64,000 bases of DNA from Lama glama (taxonomy: Eukaryota). The stretch covers positions 25,112,001-25,176,000 of the forward strand of contig CM052816.1 of assembly GCA_028534125.1 (NCBI GenBank), written 5' to 3'. The translations under genes were made by a program, and so were the position numbers. Shown one piece after another: positions 12,830 to 26,520 of this stretch. The notes under the pieces were generated by a model. It searched no databases. It had not been told where the DNA came from and saw nothing but the letters and a program-made list of their open reading frames with translations. How positions within the stretch are numbered: position 1 is the stretch's first letter; each line of letters opens with the position of its first letter.

Positions 12830-14105
12830 TAATTATCTTTTGTCTTTACTCATTCTTATTCTGTCCTATCACAGAAATAATGCTGTGTTTCCAGTCCGAA
12901 GCTCCCTCATCTCCTACTCTCTTCCTTCAGAAATCCTGACTCTGCATTACCCTCTTTCCCTTCAGTTATCAATATTTCTTTTTTCTTTCCATGGTTACAT
13001 ATTTAAGGCTAAGCTTACAGTCCTATGTTTTGGTTTCTTTGATTTACTTTTTAGACTTTTCAAAAACAATCCTTCATTTATAGATTATCTATTTTCTAAA
13101 ACTGTGCAATTTCACTTCCTCAAATACTCAGCCTGAAATTTCTCTCTTATGCACAAACAGCCTCTCAGTCTCCAAATCAGGGATTTTTTTTCTTAATTCT
13201 CATTCTTTTGACTTCACATTACTGCTTGTGACCTTTCCTTCTTTTAACTTCTTTTTTGTTTTTGTAACTTTCTTTAAAATTACTATTCTGAAAACCTTCC
13301 CAGCTCTTTAGTGATGTTTCACAAGTCTTCTTAATCTTCTCTTCCTGTTCTTGTTATGTATCTTAAAGTCATCATTCCTCAAATTTGTCTTGGCCCACTT
13401 CACTTCTGACATTCTCTCTGTTAAATATCTCATCCTATCAAACATCCTCAGCTGTCATCTCTGTACAGATCTCTAGGTAAAGTTATATGCAAAATCCTGA
13501 CTTTCCCCCAAATTCCGACTTAGCTTCTGCCTAAGCAGTATTCATATGGATGCCTCATTAGCACTTAAGCTCATCAAATCTCATACTTCCCATGAAAATT
13601 TTATTCCTGATTATTTCAATTTATATTAAGGTACTATCGTTTGAAGCCATTTGTGTTCTTCTCTCATCAGATCATTTCTTCAACCTTAAGATTTGTGCCC
13701 TGATTGCTTTGCCATCTCAGTTCAGCTTTCTGTTGCCTCACCTCTGAATTACTGAAGCCCCTAATTTATCTCTCTAAGTCATCTGATGCATTTATCGGTT
13801 TTATATTTTAAGCAAAATTCTAGTGGTACTATTTATGTGATTAAATTATTAGTAGCTCCTTCACAGGCAGCTCCGTGGCCCCTTCTAGACTCCTCTCCCA
13901 GTTGTTCTTTTTTACTTGAACTTCTACAGCATATTGTACCTCTCCTTGAGTGCATTACAAATACTGAATTGTAGCATTAAAAAAAATCATATCTTTTCCC
14001 ATTCATAATAGGATATAACTTATTTGAAGGCAGGGTTTATATTTGATTTGTCTTCATATCTTTAGTATCTTGGTCATATTTAATACATATATAAATAAAT
14101 GAAAA
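12830..14105 (+). mobile_element. L2 LINE remnant
   Basis: C/T-rich decayed ORF2 (ATCTCATCC..CATCTCTGTACAGAT) and L2-type 3' end (TTTGAAGGCAGGG..TAAATAAATGAA). Confidence 0.55.
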
Positions 14106-14215
14106 AATAAGTTTTTGTTCAGAAATTTAAGTAAAGGTTATTTTTCCATGTAAAAAATATATGACGAGTTACTATGTAGTCTTAATGTACCTTTTTTTGA
14201 ACCTTATTTTAAATT

Positions 14216-14657
14216 TTACTTTTTGTTGAAGTGTAGTTGATTTACGTTAGTTTCAAGTGTATAGCAAAGTAATTCAGTTATTACATATACATATAAATTT
14301 TTTTCAGATTCTTTTCCATTATAACTTATTACAAGGAATTGAATATAGTTCTGTGCTATACAGTAGATCCTTGTTGTTTATCTATTTTTATATAATAACA
14401 CATATTTGTTAATCACTAACTCCTAATTTATTCCTCCCCTGCCCTTTCCCATTTGGTTAACCATAGTTTGTTTTCTATGTCTGTGAGTCTATTTTTGGTT
14501 TGTAAATAAAATTTTGTATCTTTTTTTAGATTCCACGTATAAGTGATATCATATAATATTTGTCTTTCTGTGTCTGACTTATTTCACTTAATATGAAAAT
14601 CTCTGGGTCCATCCATGTTGATGCAAATGGGCTTATTTTATTCTTTTTTATGGTTGA

Positions 14658-14719
<62 letters not shown>

Positions 14720-15994
14720 TACACACACACACATACATACATACATACACATACCACATCTTCTTTATGCAGTCATCTGTTGATGGACATTTAGGTTGTT
14801 TCCATGTCTTGGCTATTATAAATAGTGATGCTGTTAACATTGGGGTGCATGTGTCTTTTCAAATTATACTTTTCTCTGAATATACACCCAGGAATAGGAT
14901 TGCTGGATCATATGGTAAGTCTATTTTCAGTTTTTTAATAAACCTCCATATTGTCCTCCATAGTGGCTGCACCAATTTACATTCCCACCAACAGTGTAGG
15001 ATGGTTCCTTTTTCTCCACACCCTCTCCAACATTTATTATTTGCAGGCTTTTTAATGATGGTCATTCTGACTGGTGTGAGGTGATATTTCATTGTAGTGT
15101 TGCTTTGTATTTCTCTAATAATTACCCATACTGAGCATCTTTTCATGTGTCTATTGGCCATCTGGGTGTCTTCTTTAGAGAAATGTCTATTTCGGTGTTC
15201 TGCCTATTTTTTGATTGGGTTGTTTGGTTTTTTTTTTAATATTAAGCCGCATGAGCATATTTTATATATAATTTCCATATATTTTAGAAATTAGTGCCTT
15301 GTTGGTTGCATCATTTGCATATATGTTCTCATCTTCTGTAGGTAGTCTTTTTGTTTTTGTTTGTGTTTTTTTTTGCTGTGCAAATCTTTTAAGATGATTA
15401 GGTCCCATTTGTTTATTTTTGCTTTTATTTCCATTACTCTAATTGCTGGTTTGAAAAAATATTGCTGCAATTTATGTCAAAGAGTGTTCTGCCTATGTTT
15501 TCCTCTAGGAATTTTATAGTATGTAGTTTACATTTAGGTCTTTAATCCATTTTTGAGTTTATTTTTGTATACAGTGTTAGAGAATTCTCTAATCCCATTG
15601 ATTTACATGTCACTATCCAGTTTTCCCAGCACCACTTATTAAAGAGACTGTCTTTTCTCCATTGTGTATTCTTGCCTCCTTTGTTGTAGATTAATTAATC
15701 ATAGGTGCATGGGTTTATTTATGGACTTTCTATCCTATTCCATTGACCTATGTGTCACTTTTTGTGCCAGTACCATAATATTTTGATTACTGTAACTTTG
15801 TAGTATAGTCTGAAGTCACAGAGCATGATTCCTCCAGCTCCATTCTTCCTTCTCAAAATTGTTTTGGCTATTCAGGGTCTTTTTTTGCATTTTTCCATAC
15901 AAATTAAAAAATTTTTGTTCCAGTTCTGTGAAAAATGTCATTGGTAGTTTAATAGGGTGTGCATTGAATCTGTATTGCCTTGGATAGTATGGAC
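14216..15994 (-). mobile_element. 5'-truncated L1
   Basis: ORF 14859-15161 reads [35 protein letters not shown] (ORF2 CCHC region); candidate TSD ATTTTAAATT at 14206-14215 and 15995-16004. Confidence 0.93.
14662..14752. repeat. Compound (TA)n(CA)n(CATA)n microsatellite inside the L1
   Basis: Seen directly. Confidence 0.95.
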
Positions 15995-16149
15995 ATTTTA
16001 AATTAAAGTAACTTTTAAACATATTTTTCTTCCCCCTTCTTAGCACTTGGAGGCATGGGCTATTTTATACTGATGGAGATAAAGACTATTTTGAAAAGAG
16101 ATTTTAAATCTTTGCAAACATGAGTGTTCTTGACTTGTATTGGTATATG

Positions 16150-18122
16150 CTAATTGCATGACTCTATATGACACAGAAGAAGAGAAGAGGAAAGTATAAT
16201 GTTATAAGGCTATTACATAATACCTGAATTAGTATAATATTATTGGAAAGTATACTCTGATGTTAAAGATGCATTTTGTAAACCTTTGAACAACCAGTTA
16301 TTAAATTGAATATAGAGATACAACTAATAGGACAATAATATAGACAAAATAGAAAAATAAGAACTCAAAACACCTAAAACAAAGCAGAAAAAAGAAATAA
16401 AAAGATGAAAGAACTAATAGAAAAAATACTTTTAATATTATCAATAATTGCATTAAATGTGCCTGTCTAAAAACTCTACTCAAAAGGTACTGATAATCAA
16501 ACAGATTCTAAAAGCAACTATATAAGGTTCAGAAATGTACTACAATAATATACCAGCTAATTTTCGATAGGGCTACCAAAGTAATTCAAATGAAAAAGGA
16601 TGATTGTTTTAACAAATTTTGCTAAGCAATTTGATTTCCATATGAAAAATAGATTTTAGAGTGAACCTCAAAAGTGAAAGTGATAAAAATTTTAGAGAAG
16701 ATTCTAGGATAAAATCTTCATGTCAGAGGACACCATTAAAGAAATACATAGACAAAAACATAGAATGGGTGAGTATATTCTTTTTTTTCACATTTTTAAA
16801 TTTATTTTTTAAAATCTATTTTTATATGTAGTGGCTAACATTTGTAAATATAAAACTCCCAAATTTATCCCCTCGCATCCCCTTTCCCCAGTAACCATAA
16901 GATTGTTTACTAAGTCTGAGAGTCTGTTTCTGTTTTGTAGATGAGTTCATAGTGGCCTTCTTTTTTCTTTTGATTCATATGAGTGATATCATATGGTATT
17001 TTTCTTTCTGGTTTACTTCCCTTACTATGATGATCTCTAGGTCCATCCATGTTGCTGCAAATGGCATTATTTTTCTTTTTTATGGCAAAGTAGTATTCCA
17101 TTGTATAAATATACCACAAATTCTTTATCCAGTCATCTGTTGATGGACACTTAGGTTGCTTCCATGTCTTGACTATTGTATATAGTGCTGCTACGAACAT
17201 TAGGCGAATGGGCAAATATATTCTTAAAACATATATCTAACAGAGTATTTATAGCCAGGCTATAATGTTAAGCTATTATAATAGACCATAAGAAAATAAA
17301 TGATGAGATTTTAACATAGGCATATGATTTGAACAGATAATTCACAAAAGAATATGTAAGGATGGCTAATAATCACACAAAAATATTTTTAACATTATTA
17401 GTCATCAAAGAAATGAAAATTAAAAACAAAGTTAAACATTACCATAAATATATTATAATGCCTAAAATTTTTAAAAATGACAACATTAAATGTTTGAGAC
17501 ATTTTGTAGCAACTGGAACTGTCATACACTCCTGGTGGTATAAACACTTTGGAAATATAATCTGCCAGTTATTTTTTAGAAAGACATAACATATGACCTC
17601 ACATTTTCACTTCTAGGTAAGAGAAATTCCCAAGAGAAATGTTCACAGTAACTTTATTCATAATAGCAGGAAACAATAAACAACCCAAGTATCCATTAAC
17701 AAGTGGTGGAGAGATGGATAAATGTACTGTGACATATCCGTACAATAGAATACTACTTGACAATAGGAGAGAATGAACTGTTGGTATAAGAAACAAAACA
17801 GATGAATCTCAAAAATGTAATGAATGATAGACATTGAACACAAAGAATGTATACTATACGAATCCATTTAAATGGAATTATAGAATAGGAAAATGAAAGT
17901 ATAGTGACAGAAATGAGATTAGTTATTGTCTGGACAAGGAATTAGGGATTTGGAGTGGGGAAGGATTAGCTGGAATGAGGTAAAAGGAAAGTTTTGAGAG
18001 TGAGGGAAATGTTTAGTGTCTAGTTTGTGGTGCTAGTTACTTGGGCATCAAAGCTTATCAAACTATAAAAAGGTGTATTATGTTTTATGCAAATTATATC
18101 TCAATAAAATTGAATTTAAAAG
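16150..18122 (+). mobile_element. Old L1 (L1MD/L1ME-like), interrupted by a younger L1
   Basis: A-rich ORF2 remnants (MANNHTK..LVIKEMKIK) and 3' end GCAAATTATATCTCAATAAAATTG. Confidence 0.75.
16783..17205 (-). mobile_element. Younger 5'-truncated L1 with a 20-bp TSD
   Basis: ORF reads [36 protein letters not shown]-rich tail; TSD GAATGGG[TGAG/CAAA]TATATTCTT at 16763-16782 and 17206-17225. Confidence 0.92.
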
Positions 18123-18387
18123 GATAAAATAAAGATCTATGAAGGGTTTTAACCTCATTTCCTCATTTTCTTAGTATTTAAATTTTCATAAAGTTTATAA
18201 TGAGTCACTCGCTATTAAAAGGGAGGAGTGATTCTGGAAAGTATCCAACATATAGTATCCATGGACACTGCAAGGCTTTTATGTGCCTCATGTGAATTTA
18301 TGAATGACCTTATAGTATGAAAGCAAGTTAAACTTAGAACCCCAAGGTTCACTCTAATAGCTCTAGTGAAACTTTTGCTGAAGAGTC

Positions 18388-18460
18388 CACTCTGCACCTT
18401 CCACTCAATTTTGCAGTGAACCTAAAATTACTATAAAATACAAAGTCTGTTTTTTAAAAA
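18388..18460 (+). mobile_element. L1MC-type 3' end fragment
   Basis: CTCTGCACCTTCCACTCAATTTTGCAGTGAACCTAAAA..AAAGTCT. Confidence 0.6.
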
Positions 18461-18689
18461 GTATGATTTGTTGCTTCAGATTTCCTTTACTTTCCAAATA
18501 ACTATGATTTAATTCTCTGTAAGGTAAGTGTATTTATTTTCACTCATCACGCTATCTTATCTCAAGTGTATTTGGAGATATTAGGCAACATAGAAACAAT
18601 AGTAAAAAATTACAATAATTACATGTAGAGATCATTTTCATGATAATGCTGCCACACTTCATTCCTGCCAAACTCAAGTTTATCTAGAC

Positions 18690-18822
18690 TTTCTTCTAGG
18701 TTATCCTCTGAGAGTTTTATAGTTTGGTTTTTGGTTTTGCTTTTGTTTTTTTTGGCATGGAGATGTCCAGTTGTTGCAGTACCTTTGTTGAAAAGATTAT
18801 CTTTGCTCTATGGTATAGCCTT
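18690..18822 (-). mobile_element. L1 ORF2 fragment
   Basis: GCATGGAGATGTCCAGTTGTTGCAGTACCTTTGTTGAAAAGA. Confidence 0.6.
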
Positions 18823-21446
18823 AAATTATTATTTTTTTTAAATGATGTTAAATTGTTTATTTTTGCACTCTGCCAATCACCACTGCAAAAAAATTTTTAT
18901 TAGCTAGTGCTTTTACTCCTCGGTGAATAAATGCCTCCAGTGTGAGGTCAAGGATGACTAGCTCCCCAGCTGTCAATATTGAGGCAGACAATTGATCTTC
19001 TCATTTTATTTAATCTTAGTAGCCATTTCCTTTTCCGTAACTCCAGTGCTGCTTAGAAAAACTAAATGTGTCCACTGTCATCAGTGCTTAGTGTAAGTGT
19101 AATATGACATGAATCAAAGACCCTTCGGGCCAAAGTAGAGACTGGTAATTTATTACTGAAGAACAGAGGCTTTCCTGAAATTTCCTCTGGTTCAGGCAGA
19201 TCACTATGAATTAACTAAGCAAGAGGGCAGCAGGTGCTCTCATTAAATTTATAGTCACTGGCAGCAGATAGCAAAGGAGTTTTAGAAGAGTATGCAGCTG
19301 CATGGACACCTGTAATGGCAGCCACGCACTCCCAAATACCATGCGGTGGGGGAAGGTGGTCCAGTGCTCACTCACAGTAGTTCAAGCAGTTCTGGTCACA
19401 AGCATCCAGACAGTGATTTCTGAATAGAGTGCGGGGATGTGTGTTTTCTGAAATGATAAATGACCTTCTGAAACCCCAAGATTACATGAACCCTTCCTGA
19501 GTTGTCTGGGAAATCAAAGTGCCCTGTATGGCCATTTCTCATAAAATGGAAGAGTCTTCCCTGGTCTATTTCTTCTATCCTCTTCTTTGTCCCCTTGTTA
19601 AAAACTGATTTTAAAAGTGGGCATCATTTCTCTAGGTTAGTTTAGGTAATATATGTCAATCTAATGATAATGGCCTTGACAGAGAAATGATACTTTGTTA
19701 AAATGGATTTTGTGCATTGTGCACTTTTTCTATAGAAGGAACCCACCATTCCAGTCTACAAAGCAGAAAGAATCCCTTTTTGTAGTTCTAAAATCTCTCT
19801 TTAACATCCATCTTTCTGGGTTTTTAATCTGTTTCTTCCCCTGACTGTCTTTATCTTTCCTCACAGTAATAGAAAGATAGTATTTCCTAAGCGCTTGGGC
19901 AATTTGCAGTAAGTTTGGTGAGGGCCTTTCTTTTCTTCCTACCTCCCCCTTTCTTTTTTTCTTTCTTTCCTGTTAGATTTCTTTCTCTCATTTATTTATT
20001 TATTTTATAATCAGTCTACAATTGATCTGTGGAAGCTTACAATTAGACTGCATTCAATAACATAATGTAAGGTATGTGATAATTTAAAAACAGAACTAAG
20101 AAAAATAACTAAAACTTTATAGTCAAAATTAGAGAAACTATTATAGTTAAGTAGGTTAAATGAGCATGAGATATTGCTCTACTTGAAACTTAAATTTACC
20201 CAAATCGTACTGGATAAAGTGTCTTGATGGATTTGTGGCAGAACAGATGATCTATCAGTAAGCAGTGCTCTTTTCCTCCTTTTTACACAGTAAGTTATTG
20301 TAATCAGGAAAGCCACTGAAAACTTCTATTGCGATATTTTATTTTATTGGTGATATGGTGCTAGTGAGGCAGTTACTGTGTAGGCTACTAATTTTTCTTT
20401 CTTCAGTGAGGGTAGATTATGCCTCCAGCCCTAACTAACCACCTCATAAATCTAAACTGGAATAAGAGTAGTATGCTAGACCTGGAAAGGAAGCTTAGGG
20501 TCCAACTCATCTGACAGTGGCTTTGACATTGATCATAGAAAAGGAAGCTGAGATGGATAAATCTGACCAAATCTGTCAGCACTAGTGAGGAAGGAAAAAA
20601 AAAAAAGAAAACATGGCAAAGCCTGTGATGACTGATGGTTTCATATATACAGAAGAGCAGGATTTTGTTATTTGTTAATTACATTTCTAAAGCACAGTCA
20701 TCGTAGCCTCCCTCCTGCCTCTGCAACAGGGACAAAAATGACTTTTTAAATATAGAAATATTAGTTGAAATAATATTTTATTGAATAGGAATATACTTGT
20801 AATAAAGAAGAGCATATTTACTCTCAAACTTCATGAAAAATTTTTAAGAACTTAAAAAAATATGTGGTAGTGTGGGTGTGATATACCTTTATGGTGAATC
20901 TGCAGATAGGCTTAACTTCCATATGAACATCCGCTTATGCAATCATAGTAAACTATCTCATAAAGTATGCGATGTGTGTGTATCACATTCTGCGCAATGA
21001 ATATAAAAGATATGAGAATTATGTGTCAAAGGCTACTTAGTGGTTAGCTATATAATCAATGTGAATAAAATTCAGTAAAGCACTGGTTTTTTTTTTATTA
21101 CTAGATTAATAATAGCCTGTGGGAAGAGCAGAGTGTCAAAAAGAAATACGGACTGGTGAAATTTTTGTGCGTGTCTTCTGGATGGCCATATGTTTGTAAT
21201 GGGCATGCAAGTGAAATGCAGTTTACAACATATATTGAAAAATATTACCTTAAGATTTCACATTACTAGTAGACAAACTTGAAACTGATGCCCCATCCCC
21301 CCCCCCTTTTTTTTGCTTTGGAGTACTTATATATAAAAGCAACTTAAAAGTCTATTTATTTTGTCAAGTATATGCTGGAATAGAGACATGGCAGAATTGG
21401 CTGTGAATCATTCTAGAACATGCTATGCCTTTATTTACTGAGATTC

Positions 21447-21908
21447 TCTAGCAGATGCCTGTGTTGCCCCATGTCACATCACCTCCCTTTTTGAGCCTCT
21501 GATTTTAGCCAGAGCTGTGCTGGGCTCTTCAGTGCCCTGACAGAGTCCCACCAAGTGTTAATCATCTATCCTTCTGATGTCTGGCTAGGATCGTGTCTGT
21601 AGTTGCCAGAGTGTGCCCGCACCGCCCTGAAGTGTAAGGGACTAGGATAAACTCTGCCAGTGGAGAGGTCAGCTGAGGACAAGGTCTCCAGCTCCTTGTC
21701 TCCCAGGCTGATAATTTTGGAAAGCACGTGGTTCATTTCCGGGGAAGAACTGCTGAACAGAGCCCTCATTGTCTACAAGGGCAGTCTCAATAGTTCATGC
21801 TGATGGTGGACTTTCCTGCTTTTTCTACGCTTCCCTCTCTCTTACTCCTGATTCCAGGATAAACTGACTATCCAAGGCTCTGCATTCTGGGGAACTCAAA
21901 CCAAGACA
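21447..21908 (+). mobile_element. ERVL solo LTR (LTR16/LTR33-like)
   Basis: Starts near AGCAGATGCCTGTG and ends TTCTGGGGAACTCAAACCAAGACA. Confidence 0.6.
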
Positions 21909-22459
21909 GTTACCAATAGCATGGCTTTCTTCCTTAACATGTATGGTGAGACTCTGTGAGCCTTCAGTATATACGTGATAGCATGGGGTCACCTGGGGAG
22001 GTTAGGAGACCGGTGCTATATTCCTCACTGTTTTCCTGACTATTGGCATTACCTTATCTGGACTATAATATCTTTAGATAGAGTGTGATAGAAATAGATT
22101 CACAGCTCTTAGGGAACCGTGGGCACAAGTGTAGACCATGAAATAGTTTAATACACTCTTATCTGTTGCATAGTATTTGATTTATTCCCTTTTGAGATAT
22201 GAAGCATCTCTTAACCAGGGGGTGAAAGTCAGAATCATTAGTTGAGTTTTATTTGATCAAAATATATATACTGCACATGACAGAAATAACAAAGTTTCTG
22301 TCAATTATATGAGAGAACCATGAACGAAAGATAACAGTCCCTGCCCTGCCACATCCCAGCTCTAGTCTATTTCCCATTAACAACCTTAACCACTTCTGTT
22401 TGTAGTGCTTAGGGTCATTTCCATAATTTTAAATAAAATGCAAAATGTAATTTCTTAGT

Positions 22460-23921
22460 CAAATAGATACAGAAAGAAAAAAATTGTTTTCCTAGTGATG
22501 AGACTTCTCAGGATTTACTCTCTTAACAATGTTCATATGTAACATACAGTAGTGTTGATTTTATTTATCATGTTGTACATTACATCCCTAGTACTTATCT
22601 TGTAACTATAAGTTTGTACCTTTGACACCTTCTTCATCTAGTACTTCCTCTCCTACTTCCCACCTCTGATAAGCTCATATCTGATTTCTCTTTCTGTGTT
22701 TGTTTGTTTATTTGTTTGTTGAAGTATAGTTGACCTTTAACACTTTGTTACTTCCAGTGCATCACATAGTGATTAGACATTTCTGTAGATCCCAAAATGA
22801 TTACCACAATTAAGTCTTGTTACTACCTGTCACCATGCAAACATATTACATTATTATTGGCTTTATTCTCCAGGCTGCACGTTTCATCCTGTGATTCATT
22901 TACCTTGTAACAGAAAGTTTATACCTTTTAATTTCCCTCAGCTATATAAATAAATATTACCTCAGTCTTTGTTTATATGACAATTTCTCCATTTTATTTT
23001 TATCTTTGAATTGTGATTTTTCTGGATATAGAACCCAGTAGTGGGTGTAGAACCCATTATTTGTGATCTCAGAATGAATCCCACTTGATCATGGTGTATG
23101 ATATTTTTATATAATTTTGGGTTTCGTTTGCTAATATTTTTTTTGTTTTGAGGATCTTTACGTTTATATTCATCAAAGATACTGGCCTCTAGTTTTTTGT
23201 TATTGTTGTTTTGTTTTTTCAAAGCTTCCTTGTCTGGTTTTGGTATCAGGATAATGGTGGCCTTGTAGAATGAATTTGGGAGTGTTCTGTCCTCCTCGCT
23301 GTTTTGGAATAGTATGAAAAGGATAGGTATTAACTCTTCTTTATATGTTTGGTAGAATTCCCCTGTGAACCTGTCTGGTCCGGATTTTGTTTGCTGGGAG
23401 TGTTCTAAATTACAAATTCAATTTTTGTCCAGAGCATTTGCTTGATTTGGGTAGGGCATGTGCAGGGGAGTTGCAGGAAATGCATCAGCCCCTAGAGAAG
23501 ACTTCTTGCTTGAGAGCAAGCCCACTCTCATGTGCTCCTAGTGAACAAGAGTACAAGCTTTCCATAGCCCAACTCTTAGGTCCAGTCTTCTTCCAACCAA
23601 CCATGGGAGCTCATCTACCCTGTATAGGACCCCAGGACTGTGCCTCAAACTGCTCACTCCTAAAGGCAGATGTTCACCTATATAACCTCCCTTTTTCTGT
23701 GAATCACCTCCTAGGGGCACAGGTTCCAACCCGACTGCTTTTCTTCCCTTTCTACCCAATAAATTGTGTATCTTTCTTACAGCCTTGGTTGTACGGAGTC
23801 CTTCTTCCAGCTTCCTGTTAGTTTTCAGTGAGAATTGTTCCACATGTAGATGTATTTTTGATGTGTTCATGGAGGGAGGTGGCTCCACACCCTCTAACTT
23901 CACCATCTTGATTCAAACCTC
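22460..23921 (-). mobile_element. Internally deleted L1 (5' UTR, RT fragment, ORF2 C-terminal fragment, 3' UTR)
   Basis: CAAGATGG 5' end at 23910-23903; degenerate KSPGPDGFTGEFYQ-like stretch and IIHHDQVGFI at 23430-23060; L1 3' UTR at 22960-22460. Confidence 0.8.
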
Positions 23922-23957
23922 TTTGTAGCTTATTTTCATTTATGGCTCTTAACCAGA

Positions 23958-24062
23958 CGGAGAGTAGGATCAATGTCTGTTTTTGCTCACCAGTGTATTC
24001 GCAGTACTAAGATAAGCACTTCCCATAAGTAGATATTCAATCAGTATTTGTTACATAAATGG
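23958..24062 (+). mobile_element. L2 3' end
   Basis: GTCTGTTTTTGCTCACCAGTGTATTC..AGTAGATATTCAAT..TATTTGTT. Confidence 0.6.
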
Positions 24063-24337
24063 ACCCCTTCTTAGCAGTTCTCTATCTCATTCAACACATC
24101 CTAGGCTGAACTAATAATCTCTGTTTTTATGAACTTGAAGTATAAGTAGCTATGAAATGATTTTGGCAATACAGAACATTTTGAAAAAAGACAAGGTTTA
24201 ATTTTGGCATACAACTCATTTTACATTTTTCACCATAACATAGACTGTTTTGGAATTTGTTTGACATCAGCATAAGTAAGAGGTTTTCTAGTCAATGATG
24301 GCTCTTAAATTTCTAGATCTGTAAGTATGAAGGTATT

Positions 24338-24706
24338 TGTATGAGTTAAAACAGGCCAAGTTACGCTACAATAACATATTGACCCCAGAATGTCAATTTA
24401 AAAAGTTTGTCACTCATGCTATATTTCTAATGCTGTTTATTGGACGAGGCTCTGCTCCACATAGTTACTAAGGAACTCAGCCTGAGACTCTGCCATCTGG
24501 AACACTACCACTGGCTATAGCAGAAGAAGAGAGGGCATGGAGCAAGCATACCTATTCTCCCATGCTTTGACTTGGAAATGAAACTCATCAATTCTGCTCA
24601 TATTTCATTGGCTAAATCTGGTACCTGAGTCCTTATAACTGCTTGAGATCTAGGGCCTTTTAAAGATCATATGGATATTTGGTGAGCAGTAAATGTCTCT
24701 GCCACA
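24338..24706 (-). mobile_element. Old MaLR solo LTR (MLT1I/L-like)
   Basis: TG..CA termini, CTGCTCATATTTCATTGGC motif, TSD GTATT/GTAGT (4 of 5 match). Confidence 0.7.
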
Positions 24707-25249
24707 GTAGTCATTCTTAAAGTAAATTATTCACTGATCCTTTACATTTAGATGTTTCAAGTGAGTATTAAGCAAAATATAACCAAAAGTATGCATGAAT
24801 TTGTGTGCACATCTACTGTGTTTGTAATGTCCTTGACTAATTTTCTACTTACTGACTTACCTCCAGAGCAAGGGACTAAAGCATAAATAAAACTAAGTTC
24901 CAAGTTTAAGTCTCTTATGTTTTACTTAACTGAAATTTTCTAAGACGTATCAGAGTGATCATAAATTTATCAATTGTTTGATCTCTTGTTACATTTCCCT
25001 GAATTTTTTTATTGAGATGTTCTTGAAAATTCTATCGATTTTTATTTTCTTATTTTTACTTCCTTACTCTTGAGTGTTTTATTGTTTTAAGACTTTACTG
25101 CTATTTCAGCTTTTCATTTTGTATATATTTTTATTTCATTTTGTTTTTCATTCTGGAAGTATTGTGCCAGGAGTTGTGGTGAGTTGTAGGGAAAACCAAA
25201 AATTTGGGGTGGTTAGACAATGGTCTCTTTTATCCTCTGTTGTTTTCAT

Positions 25250-26022
25250 AATATGGCTCCATTATGTAGCGGAGTGACCTTGAAAACGTTCTCAACTTAT
25301 CTCTGATCCTCAGTTTCCTTTAATGTAAAATGAGATTTATAATAACATAGGAGAGAGAAACTTGCTACCCCAGAATGTCTCCTTGGCATGTGCATTATTT
25401 TGAGCTGAGAAAAATCAAGGCCCAAAAGACTCAGGAAGAAACTTTGACCTTCCCCCTATCTGCCTAAAAGAATGTCCCTGTTCCAGCAAGGGAGCTTTCA
25501 TCATACATAACTGTGGTATGAAAGTATAGTATGAAGTATGAACTAGGTCTGTAGATGAGGAGGAACTGGGCAAAGTCTGTTAAAATTCCTCTCTGTGTCT
25601 CATTGTCTTTGCCTGGTCTAACAAACATCTGTTTACCAAACACTTGCTTTTCCTTCTCCATGTGTATTGCCTTCCTTTCTTTTGAAGCCACAAAACCCTA
25701 CCTCAACATCTTTTTTATCTTTAGCTGGAGATGGTATTTAAGGTTTCATCCATTTTGGGGAGTTACTCAGTTTTCCTGTGTTGCTTCCACATATATGTTA
25801 TTAAACTTTTGTATGAATTTTTCCTGTTAATCTTTCTCATGTCAGTTCAACTCTTAGACTGGCCAAAAGCATCTAGAAGGATAGAGGAAATTTTCTTTCA
25901 TCTCGTTAATAACTTCACCATGGATTTTTATTTTGTTTTGTTTTCTAACATATATAAATACTCGGTGTAAAATGTATAACACAAAGCTTGGCACATAATA
26001 GACACCAAATAAATGTCATTTC
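25250..26022 (+). mobile_element. MIR split by an ERV1-type LTR
   Basis: GTGACCTTG..CCTCAGTTTCCT..TGTAAAATGAG before the LTR; TGGCACATAATAG..AATAAATGT after it. Confidence 0.65.
25346..25908 (+). mobile_element. ERV1-class solo LTR (MER34-like)
   Basis: GCTACCCCAGAATGTCTC..AAGGCCCAAAAGACTCAGGAAGAAACTTTGACC; ATTAAA signal; candidate 4-bp TSD ATAA. Confidence 0.75.
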
Positions 26023-26520
26023 CCTAATATCAGACTGCTAATCAGAGACTGGAATAGAGCAGAAAAAATCCTGAAGAACTGGGCTGGAATCCATGTATTA
26101 TGACCTAATAAGTGGGTAAAAATGGCAAGTTGTTTGATGTTTCTAGATGTCATTTATTACTCTGAAATTGCACGTCAGTAATGACTACCTGATCATACGT
26201 CATGAAAGCGTTACTGGAGCACAGGCATGAAAGTGTGTTTCTGGAGTTACACAAGGGAAGTTCACATTTAGCTGTGCCATTCAACTTGTTGATGACCTCA
26301 AATTTTTAGGGACTGGGCAAAGGCAGGAATGATTCATTTGGGGGGCAAAGTTGAGATTTCTTCCTCTTAAAGTAGACATTTCAGAACATCAAAAGTTTAC
26401 TTGCCATCTAAACAAAAATATAATGCAACATTCAGGTATTTCTACTCTAGTTTCAGTCCTGAGCTTATGAGAAATCATCTTAACTTTTATACGTGCCACC
26501 AACCTTTTAGGGCTTGGAGA

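Noticed and set aside
14593..15294. Longest ORFs in the track (163 aa plus strand, 100 aa minus strand)
   Set aside because: They are antisense and sense readings of decayed L1 ORF2 running through a TA microsatellite, not host genes.
20930..21025. Short inverted repeat (TCTCATA / TATGAGA) with C/EBP-like sites
   Set aside because: The arms are too short to distinguish from chance in AT-rich DNA.
23387..23906. Overlapping 144-aa and 122-aa ORFs
   Set aside because: They lie in an L1 5' UTR and have no recognisable domain.
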